From assembly GCA_000934665.2 (NCBI GenBank), contig JYFJ02000077.1, positions 124,001 through 188,000 of the forward strand: DNA of 64,000 nt, in the 5' to 3' direction. The DNA comes from Catajapyx aquilonaris. Its lineage: Eukaryota. A program made the translations under genes and the position numbers. The notes beneath the pieces are model-generated. The model worked only from the letters and a program-made list of their open reading frames with translations. It was not told the origin of the DNA and made no database searches. Positions 40,196-53,620 of this stretch are shown here, piece after piece (position 1 is the stretch's first letter; each line of letters starts with the position of its first letter).

Positions 40196-42612
40196 TCAAG
40201 ATTTAACCAAGACTTTCCAGTCTTCCTTGATAAGATCAGAACCCTTCTCACCAATCATAGTTGTAGCTGCTGCAGTATTTCCGGAGGGAATAAATGGCAT
40301 GACTGAGGCATCCACCACTCTCAACCCTATCACGCCTTTGACCCTGAGCCTGGAGTCAACCACTGCAGTGCTGTCACTACTAGGTCCCATTTTGCAGGTT
40401 CCACTAAAATGGTGTTCGGTCAGAGTGTACTCCCTCAGTTGGCATTCCCAGTATGGGTCGGAGAAAAACTCCAGATGGCGGCAGGCAGGAAATGGCAAGG
40501 GCCAATAGGTGGAGTTGAGCCTCTGAAATGGGCTTGTTTGGCTCATCTTTATGGAAAGTTTTATCCCATCGATCAAGACCTGGATATCGTCAGGGTGGGC
40601 CAAGTAGTTGGCATGTATGAGTGGTAGAGCACGTGGATCAGCACTTGCAAGGGTGATATTCCCAACACTTTTTGGATGCAAGATCATGGGCAACACACTC
40701 CAGGTTTCAAATTTTCTCAAAGGTTTAAACACACTATTGAACAGATCCTCTGATATTCCATGAGCCCTGTAGAGGTGGCCAAAGTCCGAAGCAATGGATC
40801 CAGATGCAAAATGAAACTGAAGATCTGGAGGTCCAGATCGGTTGGCCAGAGATGAATGTACCCAAGCAATTCCTTCCACACCACCAGGGAGAGTGAATGC
40901 ACCTGAACGTGACTGAAGCCATTCAACAAGGTCAGACATTCCATAGCGGTTCACATTCCAAGACATGGGGTTGTTGATCACAAAGTTGACCCCTCCACTT
41001 GATATGTGGTCCTGAAGATATCAAAAAAATAATTCAATTGGTCAGGTTTTTCATCCTTCTACTGACTCGTGCGCTGTACATGTTACAACATCAGGGTAGG
41101 TTAGTTGAATATGGAGCTACACCTACTGATTTATAGCCTCGTACATGATTACCATGCATCAAACATTTTTCTAGTTTTCCACAATCTGCCCTACGAGACC
41201 TTTCTCTATGTATTTTTCTGCACTCCTAATACCTCATTTCCCAGAGAAATGCCAACTTCTTGTACAAGTTTATCAAGTGTCATCAGCCACATTTTCTTTT
41301 CTTTTCTTTTTGAAGCTTACCTGCAGGTTCTGTCCAACCCCTGGAGAGTGATGCACCAGACCAATACCAACCCTCTTGAGTTGTTCCTTGTCACCAATCC
41401 CTGAGAGCATCAACAACTTTGGTGACATCAATGCTCCAGCACACAGTATCACCTCCATCCTGGCCCTGACAGTTCTCACCACCCCACCCTTCTTGAGCCT
41501 GACCCCTCTAGCCACAAGCCCTTTGAACAACACTTGTTGAACTTCAGCCTTCTTGGTCACATGGAGGTTGGGCCTGAAGCGGACTGGACGCAAAAACGCC
41601 TTGCTGTTGCTCCATCGTTCACCATTCTTTACAGTGGTCTGAGGCTTCATGAACCCAGCTTGTGACTCTCCATTTCCATCCACAATTTCATAGCCCATTT
41701 CTGACGCCGACTCCCTGAATGCCGATGCCAATGGAGTCTCCCATTTTGTTTGTTGCACAGGGAGAGGGCCACCTCTTGAGTGGTATGGTGTTGCGGCAAA
41801 AGTAGCATCCAAATTATTCTCTGATTTTAGGAAGTAAGGAAGAACTGAGTTGTAGTCCCAGCCAGGATTGCCCAGGGAAGCCCATCCATCATAATCATGC
41901 TTGTTGCCACGCACATACAACATGTAGTTCAGCAGCGTGCCACCTCCCATGCCTTTCCCTGAAACATATGATTTTTCTGTTTAGTACCTTAAATACAAAT
42001 ATCTATATTGGCTTGATTAGTGTCCACCTTTTTTTTCTGCACTGAAACCTTGTTCTCCTGTACTTTTAGTTATCTAAGAGAGACAGTTTTCAAAAACAGT
42101 ACAGTTGTAGGATACACATATTTTTAGAATACAAAATATGAATGTGTGTTATACAACTTCTAATTTATGTTATGGTTTTCCCAACAAATGTGACAAAAAT
42201 CCTCATTGAATAATCACTTCACCAAAATATCACCAATACCTTGTATCCAGTGGCACCTATTTCTGGCCATTCCCCTGCAGTAATTCTTGTTTGGCTCTAT
42301 CCTTAGCTGCCAATCATAATTGGTGTTTGCTAGAAGCGATGGCAGAACTGGCACCTCTGACACCATGGACTCCTCTGAGCCTGCTTCAATCAGCAGAACA
42401 TTCCAATTTTTTATCTCGGTCAGTCTCCTTGCCAAAACACAACCAGCAGCACCTGCACCCACTATCACAAAGTCGTACTCGGGAAGCAGGAATATGCGGT
42501 CAACTGTGTACCCAGTTGAGTCATCAGGATTAAGTCTCTGGAAGAAGATATTCAATCCAAGAACAGCAAAGGACAGGAGATGCCCAACGGATAGTCCTTG
42601 CATCTGTGGCAT
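40196..42612 (-). CDS. GMC oxidoreductase, glucose dehydrogenase [FAD]-like (~608 aa)
   Basis: Minus-strand exons 42612-42240, 41958-41321, 41011-40196 (1827 nt). FAD-binding YDFVIVGAGAAGCVLARRLTE, GKGMGGGTLLNYMLYVRGN, EVILCAGALMSPKLLMLSGIG, VGQNLQDH, HHFSGTCKMG and LRVVDASVMP..PSGNT; hydrophobic N-terminus. Confidence 0.93.
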
Positions 42613-43303
42613 GTTCACCGAAAGTGAAGCAAACGAATGGTGTTACTGTTGTTACTGCAAGAGTGTCCTAATCAAGATAATCCTCCACAAAAAATACTCA
42701 CATAATGCAGTAAAGGTCACATCTTTCACTCCCCCTCCAACTGCTTCTTCTTTTTTTATCACCACGCAATTTTTTTTGCCTACCCTCACTTCCTTTTGTC
42801 AGCGCAAGTACATCACTTTTCATCTTTCAAAGAAAAATATCTGCCTTGCATAACGCCACTACTCCATCACACATGCCAATAAAGAGATCTGTCATTTTGC
42901 AAGAAAATGTTGAGCAAAAAGTTCCATGTCAAGGTACAATTTCTACCCAGTTGACCACACATTTTTTTTTGATATTCCATTGTAAACTTCTTTAAACCCC
43001 TGAATTTTGCAGGCCTTATAATTATTACTTATGCAAGTGGTAATCTTTGATCCAAGGCAATATCTGAGTACCTGAAGGGTGTGGCCTTTTTACAGGAAGT
43101 AGCAGAGCAATATTACATAAGCATTTTAATTATTGTCTGGTGGGAAGTAGTGATAAAATCCCGTGAGTGCAATTTTCACATTTATTTTTTCTGGGGCTGC
43201 ATTTTTATGATACAGGCAGGAAACTGTACAGAGCAAACCAAACCAACTACAGTTTGACATGCCTTTTTATTAATCTACACTTGACTTAACAAGTAATTTG
43301 TAT

Positions 43304-46300
43304 CTATCCCACAACAATCATTGAGTCATCAGGAAACTCATAAGGTGGGATCTCCAGGTTGAGTGGAGCAGGACCCCTACGGATTCTTCCTGAAGCATCA
43401 TAGTGAGACCCATGGCAAGGGCAGTAATAGCCTCCAAAATCACCTGCAGAGAAGAAGAGTGACCTGACATAATGATTTAAGTGGGAGCAAGTAACAACTA
43501 GTTGCTAGAATTCATGTTGCTGACTTAGGGTTGATTGTATTATTGCAACTTAAAAAGAAAATTTCAATTATGCATTCAAATATTGTGTGCAACTGAATAT
43601 TTTCCTTTGTGTTGACACAACCAGGCCTAAAAATAGTTTAATACATTATCCAGATCTAGTTCATTTTTACATGTAATAAGCTATGTAGCATAACATAAAT
43701 TTCACACTGTAGCACCTCTCTGTTACCCATAATTTTATGTTCTAAAGTACCCCATTAAATAGTGTAGCCCCTCAGAATTTTCCCATGTAAATGTTTCTAA
43801 TCATTCTGTAATTATCTAGGACAGGGGCATTCAAGTAGTTTATGACAAGGTCCAGTATTTACCTTTCCTGGGCCATTGAAGGTTCAGACCCCCCCCCCCC
43901 CCCNATTTTATATGATACCACAGGGTTCATATGCAAAAATAGAAACATGTGCAGCAAGGGTAGAAGGGCCTATCAAGACAGGGCATATTAAGACATTTTT
44001 GCCCTTCATGATGTCCTGTACAGGCGCGTAGGCAGAAGAATTTCGGAGGAGGGGGGGGGCATTTCGTAAGCACAAGGTGAACAAGTCGTAAAGGGCGGGA
44101 ACGAGCCCGCCGCAGCCGAAATTTTTGTGGGTGTTCAAGGTCACACGAGCTTAGGTTAATGTGGGAGATTTAAATGGGTGTGTATTTGATGAAATTGGTA
44201 GCACTTTCCCCCCCCAAAAAAGCATGAATTAGTCATTTCAAATGCTATTTCAAATGCTATTTCAAACTGTCCTGTATATTGTCGCGGTCCGGACAAAATT
44301 GCGTCACGGTCCGCCAGTTGAATAGCCCTGATCTCGGAGCTTGTGTCTCCCTACAAGGGCTCTGCCCTACCACAGGGTATGTAATATAAACAGATCTAAC
44401 AGCTGTAGTATAAGATTCTTGGCAATATGGGCTTAACAGCTTTCTCCATAAACAGCAATTTCCATGACCAAAAATTTGCTTAGATATTCAGTATCTTTTT
44501 AAAAGAAACTTGTTTCTTAAGTGATTAGTCATGGGCAGTAAATCTGAATGGGAAGACAGGCTGCAGGTAAGATTTTGGTCTTCCTCTATTTAGACATGGG
44601 ATAAAGTCGTTTTGATGTGTTTTTGCACAACTCATAAAACACTAGCAGATGGTATGCCAAATGGCCTCCATCACCTTGGCTTCCTCATTAAGCCAAACCT
44701 TGCAGATGACAAGTATCCCAGCAGCCAAGCTCAAGGTTAAACTTGTTTGGTTTAAAAGGACATAAAAATAGTCATACACAAACAGTTGTAGCCCTAGGCC
44801 TCAATGTTGAATGTGGGAAATGAGCACATGTATTCTCTCAGTTTAACCATCCGATAGCCTAATCATGCAGATTGTACAGGGTGATTCTCTCGAATGGAAA
44901 CCCGAATATTCCTCAATAATTTTTTAACTATGGTATGGTTCCCGATGAAAATTATTATATACTTACCTTGTATCATGCCAAACAAGAATATACCAAAAGT
45001 GGTCCCCTCCAGCATCCAAGAATTTTTAAATGCGAGTCTGCATATTGCCGAAGACTCTTGCAGATTGGCAGTGGGAATGCCATTCATCTCCCGCCACCGC
45101 GAGCCGTAGGGGGGTTCACACTAGCTGACGGTAGCATATGAAATGAACGAAACGGAATAGTGGACCAATCAGAGCCCAAAAGTGAAAGTGAAAGTCACTT
45201 TTAGTCATCCTCATGTGGGCTCTGATTGGTCCACTATTCCGTTTCGCTCGGTTCGTATGCCACCTTCAGATAGTGACAGTAGCTGACGGCGTGCGGTGGC
45301 GGGAGATTGATGTCATCCCCGCTGCCACATCTGTGGGCGTCTTCGGCAATATGCAGACTTGCATTAAAAAATTCTTGGATGCTGGAAGGGAGCACTTTTG
45401 GTATATTCTTTAGTCAGACCTTGTTTGGCATGGTACTATGGGCGCCAAAAGAATTGACCGGTGTTGATGGGTATATGTCGCTATATACCCATCAACTCCG
45501 GTCAATTCTTTTGGCGCCCATATTACAAGGTAAGTATATGTTAATTTTCATCGGGAACCATACCATAGTTAAAAAGTTATTGAGGAATGTTTGGGTTTCC
45601 ATTCGAGAGAATAACCCTGTAATTGGAGTATTTTAAAAATGTAATGAATGTAATGAAGATAATGAATACATTAAATAAAAACTGAATTCAAATGTTTCTT
45701 CGTGGTATTAATGGACCATTTGCAATATCACATTTCATTGCTTTTTCCGACAGGCATTTGTTAATTTTGTAATTTTTGCTGCATCTCTCTTCTGTTCCTC
45801 TTCTTGCAATGATCTACTCATTCTGTCAAGATTTTAAAATAGTGAAAATTGCAAAATGTGAAATGATAATATTTGCAATACCAGAATAGGCAGAACAAAA
45901 AAAAAAAACACCATAGTTACATTTTTCCATCCTACATTATTACGAACAACTTTCACTAAAAATTGTGGTGGCTGGGATCATGTAAGATTCATGCCCTTGG
46001 GACATTGCAGTTGGGAGCCACCACAAGGCATACTTATCCTTCTTGTTCTGTGGCCCACATTGACTGGTGGATTCCAACTACAATATAACCCAAAGACAGA
46101 CACAACACAACCCACGTTTTTGTTGAACCTTATAGGAATGGGCAAAACTGGAATCCAACACACCAGCTTCTATCCTGTTTCCATAGTTTTGAATTTCTCC
46201 ATTCAACAATTAGACCACATATAGCAGTCAGAGACGGTGGGATCCACGTTAATGGAGGCAAGACAAGCGCTGGTGGACTTGGTCCGAACGGTGACTCATC

Positions 46301-49300
46301 ATCAACATGTATGTAGTACTACTTTTCCCCGAAGTATGGCAGTAGGGTGCTGAGGAGAGCCTATGGCCAACTGGGTGGAGGAGGGGGTGGGGAGGGGAGC
46401 AGGGTTGCCAAAATTTGGCAACAGGTCTGCTTATAGTGTTGTAGAATGTACATATGAGGTCATGCAGAGGAATGGCATGTCTGCCAGGTCATTTCATACA
46501 GTGTGTTTGAAGATCATTACCTTAGTAACCTAGATAATGTACCTAGACTTCAATTGATTGTCTAGAACCCTTCAACAATCCCCCGAAGTGATGGTACATT
46601 AAATTTCTGCACCATGTCTAATTTTGTTGTGCCCATGAAAATGTTTCTGCCTAAGTATCTGGAGGTGAATTGAATAATGCATGAAAATAAGGTGTGTGAT
46701 GCAAGTCGATCATGATTTGTTCATATTCCCATGGCAACTTATTACAATGTGATTTAATAACCAGTTGTGCTGGCTGTTGCACCATGGCTGCACCTCCTCA
46801 AGAGGAGATACAACAAGATCTCAATCCCTTTCCATTCCAAATCTAGCAGTATTTTTTCAGGCAGGAGGGGATGATAAGCCAAAATGTAAACNCCCCCCCC
46901 CCCCCAAATTTTCTGAATGACCTTCTCCTGCAATAATACAGTAGCACTCCTATTATCTGACTCCTCTACTGAAGCAGTTTGGAGGAAGGGATATGGTGTC
47001 AGACTGCTAATCGGGAGGTCCTAGGATCAAATCCCGGGGCCGGCAACTCTGACCGTGGTTTTCTGTGGTTTCCCACTGTCCTTCCAGGAAAATTCGTGAG
47101 TTGCTTCCATAATTATTAGACCACAGCCGCTTCCTTCCGTCCCTATCCTTATCCCAAAGAGCACAGTAAAATAAAAGCAAGGAGTTCCAAGCAAAACAAA
47201 CTTCCCCCCTAAAGAGCCAATGGCTGATAACGGGGTATGAATTATTATTATTATTACTATTATTATTATTATTATTATTATCATCTGACTCCTCAGTTAA
47301 TCCGATCGTCCGGCTCCAGCAATAAATCTGTTTTCTCATCAAAGACGGTAATGCAGGCATACTAAGCATTTGTTTTGTATTGCATTCGTTACATTTTAAA
47401 CAGCAGAATGTGTACGTAAAAGATAAATACAAGGGGTGTTAGGAAAGTCTTTACACTTTATTTTTTGCCACAAATACAGGGCCCTTGCAGGTTGACAGAC
47501 AGACACACATTATCAATAGAATCCTCCTGGAGAACGAACGCACAGGAATCGCGGGTGTGGTCCAGACCCCCAGGAACCACTTTTTGGTGGTGCATCGCAG
47601 CTTCTGCTGGACAACTGCTTATAGTCAACAACGTTCTCGAAATGGTGTAGGCAAAGGGATTTTTTCATGGATCTGGGTTTGGGTGCTTCCACACCCGCCG
47701 TACTCCCCTGGCCTGGCTCCCAGTGACTTTCACCTAGTCAGAGCCATTAAAAAACCCATTCGCAGACGTCATTTCGAGGACATAGCAGAGCAGGAAGCAG
47801 TTGTCCAGGATGGGGTGCGCTACCCCTCCAAAATGTGGTTCCAGGAGGGCCTGAATATGCTGCCACACCCATGGTGCCAGTGCATTCGGCTCCAAGAGGG
47901 TTCTATCCATAATGTGTGCCTATCTATCAACCTGCATTTGCCATGTATTTGTAGCAAAAAAATAAAGTGGAAAGACTTAATTCCTAACACCTCTCGTACG
48001 CCACTATTTCTTATAAAACCGTAATATTTTACATTATTTCATGATTTTATATGTTTTTTGTTTTGTTTCGTTAAAGTTTCCTTTCCTCCTCGGATTATTA
48101 TCAGACCTTTTCTGTTATCCGACCATGCCTGGTCCCGTGCGTGACAGATAATTGGGGTTCTACTGTATTGTTATCTCTGGGCACCCAGCATGCCCCAGTA
48201 TGTTGCAACTCTTCTTGAATCAAAAAACCTCATTGTTTGAAATGCACCATGCAAGTTGTTTGAATCATAGATACACACATCACGCATCTTTGCATGCATT
48301 ATTATATTCACCCCTGGTCTCCTTCGCATGATCTTATTGTTACCCTGAATGAGCATCTGAAAAAATAATTCTCACCAGCATTAGCAATGGGTACACAGCC
48401 CAAATGTGTGCAGACACCAATCAGCACAAGCCATTCTGGCTTCTGGGTCCTCTCACTATCATGCTGGGGATCCCTGAGGGTAGACAGATCCACACCAGCC
48501 TCAGTCTGGATCTCATCACCTGTGCGGTGACGAATGAAAAGAGGCTTCCCTCTCCACTTGAATGTGGTGCTCTTTCCTTCAGGAATATCTGCCAGCTTGA
48601 TTTCAATCTTGGCCAGGGCAAGCACATCTGCTGAGGCTGACATGCTGCTCACAAACTCCGAAACCACTGTCTTAGCTGCATATGTACCAGCCAGAGTTCC
48701 ACCTAGAATATTGGGCCATTATTAGTAGGTCATGGTAGGTCAGTGAACCCTGTCCCTAAGAGATCCTGGATAGAATAGAAACTTGTCAATTGAGGAATTT
48801 CTGATTGGCTCAGATTCAGAATTTTCAACTCATTTCTGTCACATATGACAAGCAAAAAAATTATGGCAGAATGAAAAAACTATTCTGTAGGCAGGTTTCA
48901 TACACTGTATAAAGGCCAAAACACAAAAAGATTTTGCGTCAAAACGCCTGCCCCGCCAATTATCATTAATTGTTGGCAATAATAAATAGAAATAATAAAT
49001 ATGCCGCAACGCGCGCCGTTTGCCGCGCGTTTTTTTTTGTGTGAAATGGCCTTAAAACGACAGTTTGCATGACAATTTAGCACTGCTGTCATTCCCAGAC
49101 GGTTTAGGTAGATGATTCCTGAACAAACCCAAACAGTCCTTTCCACTCCAGCTGCCCAAACCACCTTGGGGACCACGATGCAATAGCAGAACCAAATTCG
49201 AGCGGGTAGAGAGCTACTAAGTTCACACAAAAGTGGGGAAGCCTGCATTGTGCATTCATATCTGTATTTCATTAATTAGCGGCAATGACAGACATCATCA

Positions 49301-50198
49301 CACCATTTATCTACTAATGAAATTGCATTACCTATTCATCACCATCTTCTAAACATGGCTGCTGCATTCAGAACTGACACTCATCGAAAAGTCTGTCTGA
49401 AATGCTATTTTCCCTTTGTTTTCTGTCACAGGATTGCCCAAGGGATTGCCTTTCCAATATACTCATGTCTTAGGACTACACTAGTAATTTCCTAGTAAAA
49501 TGCATGGATTTTTGGTAATCACAGGTGAACAAGAGTAGACATCGATCTATGCCACACGGACAAAATGCAAATTAAAGTTGCAGTTGCTCTTGTGCTGTTC
49601 CACTTTATAACTTGAAACGCAGTTATGGCCATGCAGTATCAACTTTTGACCATAAAGGATCACCAGTTGTTACTACACACCACTGTAACTGACTTGCTAG
49701 CCTCGAGTGCTTGTGGCCTTCTGGTGTAAATATATTGGCAATATAATCAAATGCAGTTGTTTCATCTGTGCAGGTACAACCAATGGTAATTGACGGAACA
49801 TGTAACATTGCCATGAACATTGGAAGTATGTGTGAACTGCCTGCCTCACCTCCGATCATCATGTAGGTGAAGCTCTTCCTTCCCTCTGCGCTCTCCTTGT
49901 TGACTGATGTGGGTTCTTTGGTGGCAGACCTCCTGTATGCGGAGAAATCAGGCACCTCGATGTCTGTGTGTGCAAAGCGGACGGATCCTCCTGAGCAAGC
50001 CACGGCCTTGGCAGTGGCAGGGACGTCCAGCGCCCTCTGCATGGCCCCCTGCGTAAGGATGGCCGGGACCCTGTCCAGCACCGGCGCCTTGGTCGGGGGC
50101 AGGCCAGGGGCCAGGGGCTTCGTGGCCCCAGCCACCACCTGGGTGACCGCCTTGGAGTAGAGGGAGAGGTTCCCCCCTCGGCCCAGGTAGCTCAGCAT
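43304..50198 (-). CDS. UQCRFS1: Cytochrome b-c1 complex Rieske iron-sulfur subunit, mitochondrial (271 aa)
   Basis: Minus-strand exons 50198-49850, 48702-48376, 43443-43304 (816 nt). [45 protein letters not shown], Rieske boxes CTHLGC and CPCHGSHY, ending [14 protein letters not shown]...VVG*. AATAAA on the minus strand at ~43266-43271. Confidence 0.97.
43822..44330. mobile_element. hAT-family MITE in UQCRFS1 intron 2
   Basis: Ends CAGGGGCATTCAAGT and AGTTGAATAGCCCTG (imperfect TIR), flanked by an 8-bp TSD ATCTAGGA / ATCTCGGA (7/8 match). Confidence 0.8.
44877..45619. mobile_element. Fold-back Tc1/mariner-type MITE (nearly fully palindromic) with a nested 86-bp palindrome
   Basis: TA|CAGGGTGATTCTCTCGAATGGAAACCC ... 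GGGTTTCCATTCGAGAGAATAACCCTG|TA. The arms stay reverse-complementary for ~300 bp towards a centre near 45195. An extra hairpin at 45437-45522 is present only in the right arm. Confidence 0.88.
46974..47282 (+). mobile_element. tRNA-derived SINE with (ATT)n tail
   Basis: tRNA-like head (GACTGCTAAT..., GGATCAAATCCCGGGGCCGG as a degenerate B-box), body ggttttctgtggtttccc...cttccaggaaaatt...gaccacagccgcttccttcc shared with the 28090 copy, and an (ATT)n tail at ~47240-47282. Confidence 0.7.
47430..47996 (+). mobile_element. Internally deleted mariner element
   Basis: TA|CAAGGGGTGTTAGGAAAGTCTTTACACTTTATTTTTTGC and GCAAAAAAATAAAGTGGAAAGACTTAATTCCTAACACCTCTCG|TA TIRs. Residual transposase C-terminus [17 protein letters not shown]...[16 protein letters not shown]. 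Confidence 0.88.
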
Positions 50199-52439
50199 CC
50201 TGTCTTCAAGCCTCTATCCTCCTTTGGTTTGGTTCCACGGGCGATTTGGGCCCCCGTGTCCTTCTTCTCTTCCCAGCAAAGCAGTCCTACAGCTGGAGTT
50301 CCACCAGGGGCAGGGAGGGGGCGCAGCAGCTCGAGACGGAAGGGGGCGCGGGGGGAGCAAGGGGCTGAAACAACGTAGCAGTTTAAATTTGCTAAAAATG
50401 TAACTGCGATTCCATGCAGTGCGATTGGAAGCGCACTTGAGGGATATTCAATTGCGGAAATAGGCGACTATGGGAAGAAGGGTGTGCTCTGCCGTCCTAC
50501 AGAAAAAAGCCGTAAGTTCCCTGTGCCAGGTGATTTCAGGGCGAATGGCGCCCTGGTTTAAACTGGGTTCCACACGGTTCCATTTTAGCCAGGTCACTGC
50601 GAAGGCTTTCTTACGTGTGACACCATTTCGACATGGGAAACAATATTTTGTAACAGGATATACCACAAACCAAAGTGTAATCATCTGTAATATCTAGAAG
50701 TGTGCAAGAATCGTCAGTTTACACATACGAGTAATTGCATGTAATCGCGGGTAATCACATATGTGAACATGCAATACACACACGCATATACATAAGCATA
50801 CGACGCAATGACCACTAATATTGCTGCCTTGCTGGTGATTACTCCCATCGGCAAGTGGACACTACAAAGTAGGGCTGCCAGCTTATCGCTTATGGACACT
50901 AGACCTATTAAGTTATACTGTACTGTGCAGTCGTAGCCTATACGGTAGGTCACTTTTTCGGGAAATAATGCCAATCTGCAGTGCAGGGATCGAAACTGAA
51001 TTCGTGAGAAATGGACGTAGACTAATGGCGTGTTTAAGTTTGTCTTTTCTTACCAATATAATGATAAGTAATATCCGTCTGGTTAGACTATTCGATTACA
51101 AGTGAGTTGAGGGAGATAATAATAACCAGCAGAACGTTCTAGCTGCAATCACACGTGTGAAAGCACAACAAATAACAGGCAATCGGAATCGCAAAATAAA
51201 CAGGAGAAATCGGCTTCGATAATATTAAATAACCTCGGAAATAACATATTCGAAGAGGATGGGCACACCGTTTTAATTACCTTCCAGGCTATACGTTATA
51301 TTACGATTACATGCATGCTATCTGTCCAAAAGGGTATCTACTATCTGCCAATGAATGCTATAGTATACAGAAGGCTACAGCCATACTGAACCATGTTTTT
51401 ATTTTCGATATAGACTTGACCTTAGGAAAACTATTATTATACATACCTGGGCAGCCCTAGTGGCCTACTGCCATCACCTAACGTTTGGCCTTTTAAAATT
51501 ATTATTCAGTTTTAAGAGATAGCACTATAGGATACAGTTGCAAATTCAACCACATCGGTCATATACCTTGTAATATTGCATGATTTTCAGATCCCCACCA
51601 TAAGAACAATAATAAGTGGATGCAATTTTTTTATTGATGGTCAACATCGCCAAAGGAAACAGCCTTGAGAACAGTCTGAAACATGACCCTTTAGGTATTT
51701 AGGAGAACATGTAGGCTATTCAAGCCCGATACATATAGGCTACAGACTACAGTGTACCTACAATACTCAATAGTGCATTAGAATTATGCCAGGCAGCGAT
51801 ATTCTTTATAGGCGACAGGCCGACAGTTCACAAAGAGTACTCCAGACCAAATCCAGGCACTTCATTCCTGCATACAAAAAAAAACACACATTGTAGGCCT
51901 ATACTTGTGTTACCAAGAGCTCTTGGTGTTAGTCGTGTTACTTGTTGTAGTAGCATATGTAATGCGCGCGATAAAAACTCGCCTTATCTGAATGTTGCAC
52001 TTCAAAGTTACACAAAGTCCAAGTTTGCATGTAGTCGTATACTCCGTGTCATTGGAATCAATACTCGCATTACAGCTTATTTCTTTATTTACTCACATCG
52101 CAGTCATGTCAAAAATAATCCCACCTAATAAAATGTTTCACTGCTGACCACTAAGCAGTTATCACAAATTCACGCCGCCATAGTTACAACGCGAATAATA
52201 ATAAATCCAACACCAGCACCGTTGCCAGGCTTCCCAATATTGGCCCAGTACTGCCACCCTGAATTGCACTATTAATTAACGCGACCCCGAATTACATCTG
52301 ATCAATCGCAACAAAAAAAAGGGGGGACCGCACATACAGTCCGACATCAATGATTGGCGGTCTCAGAGCAAGGGCAACCGGAGCCCATGAAAGAATTAGA
52401 GCAGCCACACCGTGCAATTATCGCTTAATAAATTAACGC

Positions 52440-53620
52440 AAATCGCCCTGCCCCTACGCCGAATCCGGTGCAGCACCCATTTAATCGGGGCCACCCTGCG
52501 CGCCCTCCAGCAGCCGCCTCTCCCAATTGGCCCCCGTCCGCCCTTCCACCTTTCCAGTCCGCCTACCGCGCCTCTCCGCGCCTCCACCCGCCGTGCCCCG
52601 CGTAAATATTGCCAATCAGCCCCACAATGGCAAGTGACGTCACTCGCAATTCCGCCATGTTTACTCCGCGCCACTATGAGAATCGCTGCGGGCCAAACGT
52701 CACCGAAGGTCACCACATAGTGCTGCCAGGTTGACCTCTCCCGAATCTTCCGCCCTCCGTCTCGCCCGATTCCAGGTCAGTGTGTTGCCATCCCGCCCTT
52801 TGCCAAGCCTTCCCCGAACGGACATGCAAGCGTGGTGCCAGCAACGGGGCGATTCCGCCCGCTCCGATCGGCCGTACCCCAGGCTTCCGGTACACGGCAC
52901 AGAATGGAATTCGGGTGGTGAAAAGAGGGAGGAGGAGGCGGCAAGGGCAGGCAGGCAGGCAGGCAACGGGGGGGCTGGCTGGCAGGGCAGGCAGGTGCGA
53001 GAGGCGGAGGAGGAGGAACAGAGGGAGAGAGAGTGTGTGTGTGCGGTGTGTGCGAGAGAGAGAGCCAGAGGAGAGGGGGAGCCCCTGTCTAATCCCCTGG
53101 GCCAGCGCTAAATATCCGTAAGTTTGCCCGCCTTTCACCCTACCACTCTCGAACGTGTCAATAAAAATGGCGGGAGGGTGAGAGAGAGAGAGAGAGAGAG
53201 AGGCGGACGGGAGGGGAGGGGGAGTCGACGATGGAGGCGGCGGTGGTAGTAATGCCGTCGCGTATATCATTATCCGAGGCCTAGTCAGTAAGGATCGCCC
53301 CTTCAAGCGTGGTAGTAGTAGTAAGCACTGTGTGTGTAGTAAATGGGTGAGAGAGAGAGCTAGAGAGGGAGGGAGGTTGATTCTGATTGGTGGTGACGTC
53401 ACACAGCCTGCAGTTCTGCAGCTCTGCAGGGGCTGGAGAAGCGTGGGCCTGGAGAGAGTGGCTGTGATATCAATGCTTGCAATGTGTACTTTTTGTGGAG
53501 CCGGTGTATGATGCATGCGGTTGCGCTCTGACTTACGGCACGTCAAGGTTAACATGTGCTTTGAGAGAATGATAGGATTGCTTAGCATCTATCAATGGTA
53601 ACAAGCGCATGTGAGTACCT
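52440..53620 (+). promoter_or_regulatory. GC/CpG-rich promoter and probable non-coding first exon(s) of the BTB gene
   Basis: CCAATCAG (~52612), TGACGTCA (~52636 and ~53394), CCGCCATGTT (~52652), AAAATGGCGG (~53164), (GA)n tracts, and splice donors gtaagt (~53118) and gtgagt (53611). The next acceptor (57884) precedes the ATG at 57903. Confidence 0.5.

Noticed and set aside
40240..40300. Possible loss of a GMC catalytic residue (SGNTAAA vs consensus SGNTNAP)
   Set aside because: By alignment with choline oxidase and glucose oxidase, the catalytic Asn/His is the first N (G-N-T), which is retained. The catalytic His region (HHFSGT) is also present, so there is no case for a pseudoenzyme.
43304..43443. 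Isolated exon upstream of the GMC gene, first considered a GMC 5' exon
   Set aside because: It encodes the Rieske CPCHGSHY box and joins in phase to UQCRFS1 exon 2.
46974..47050. tRNA-Ser(GCT)-like sequence
   Set aside because: The boxes are degenerate and there is no full cloverleaf. It is followed by a SINE body and (ATT)n tail shared with the copy at 28090, so it is called as a SINE.
52396..53588. Long ORFs (up to 292 aa) on both strands in the GC-rich block
   Set aside because: Low-complexity translations from (GA)n and GC-rich promoter DNA; no domain and no splice linkage to a known protein.
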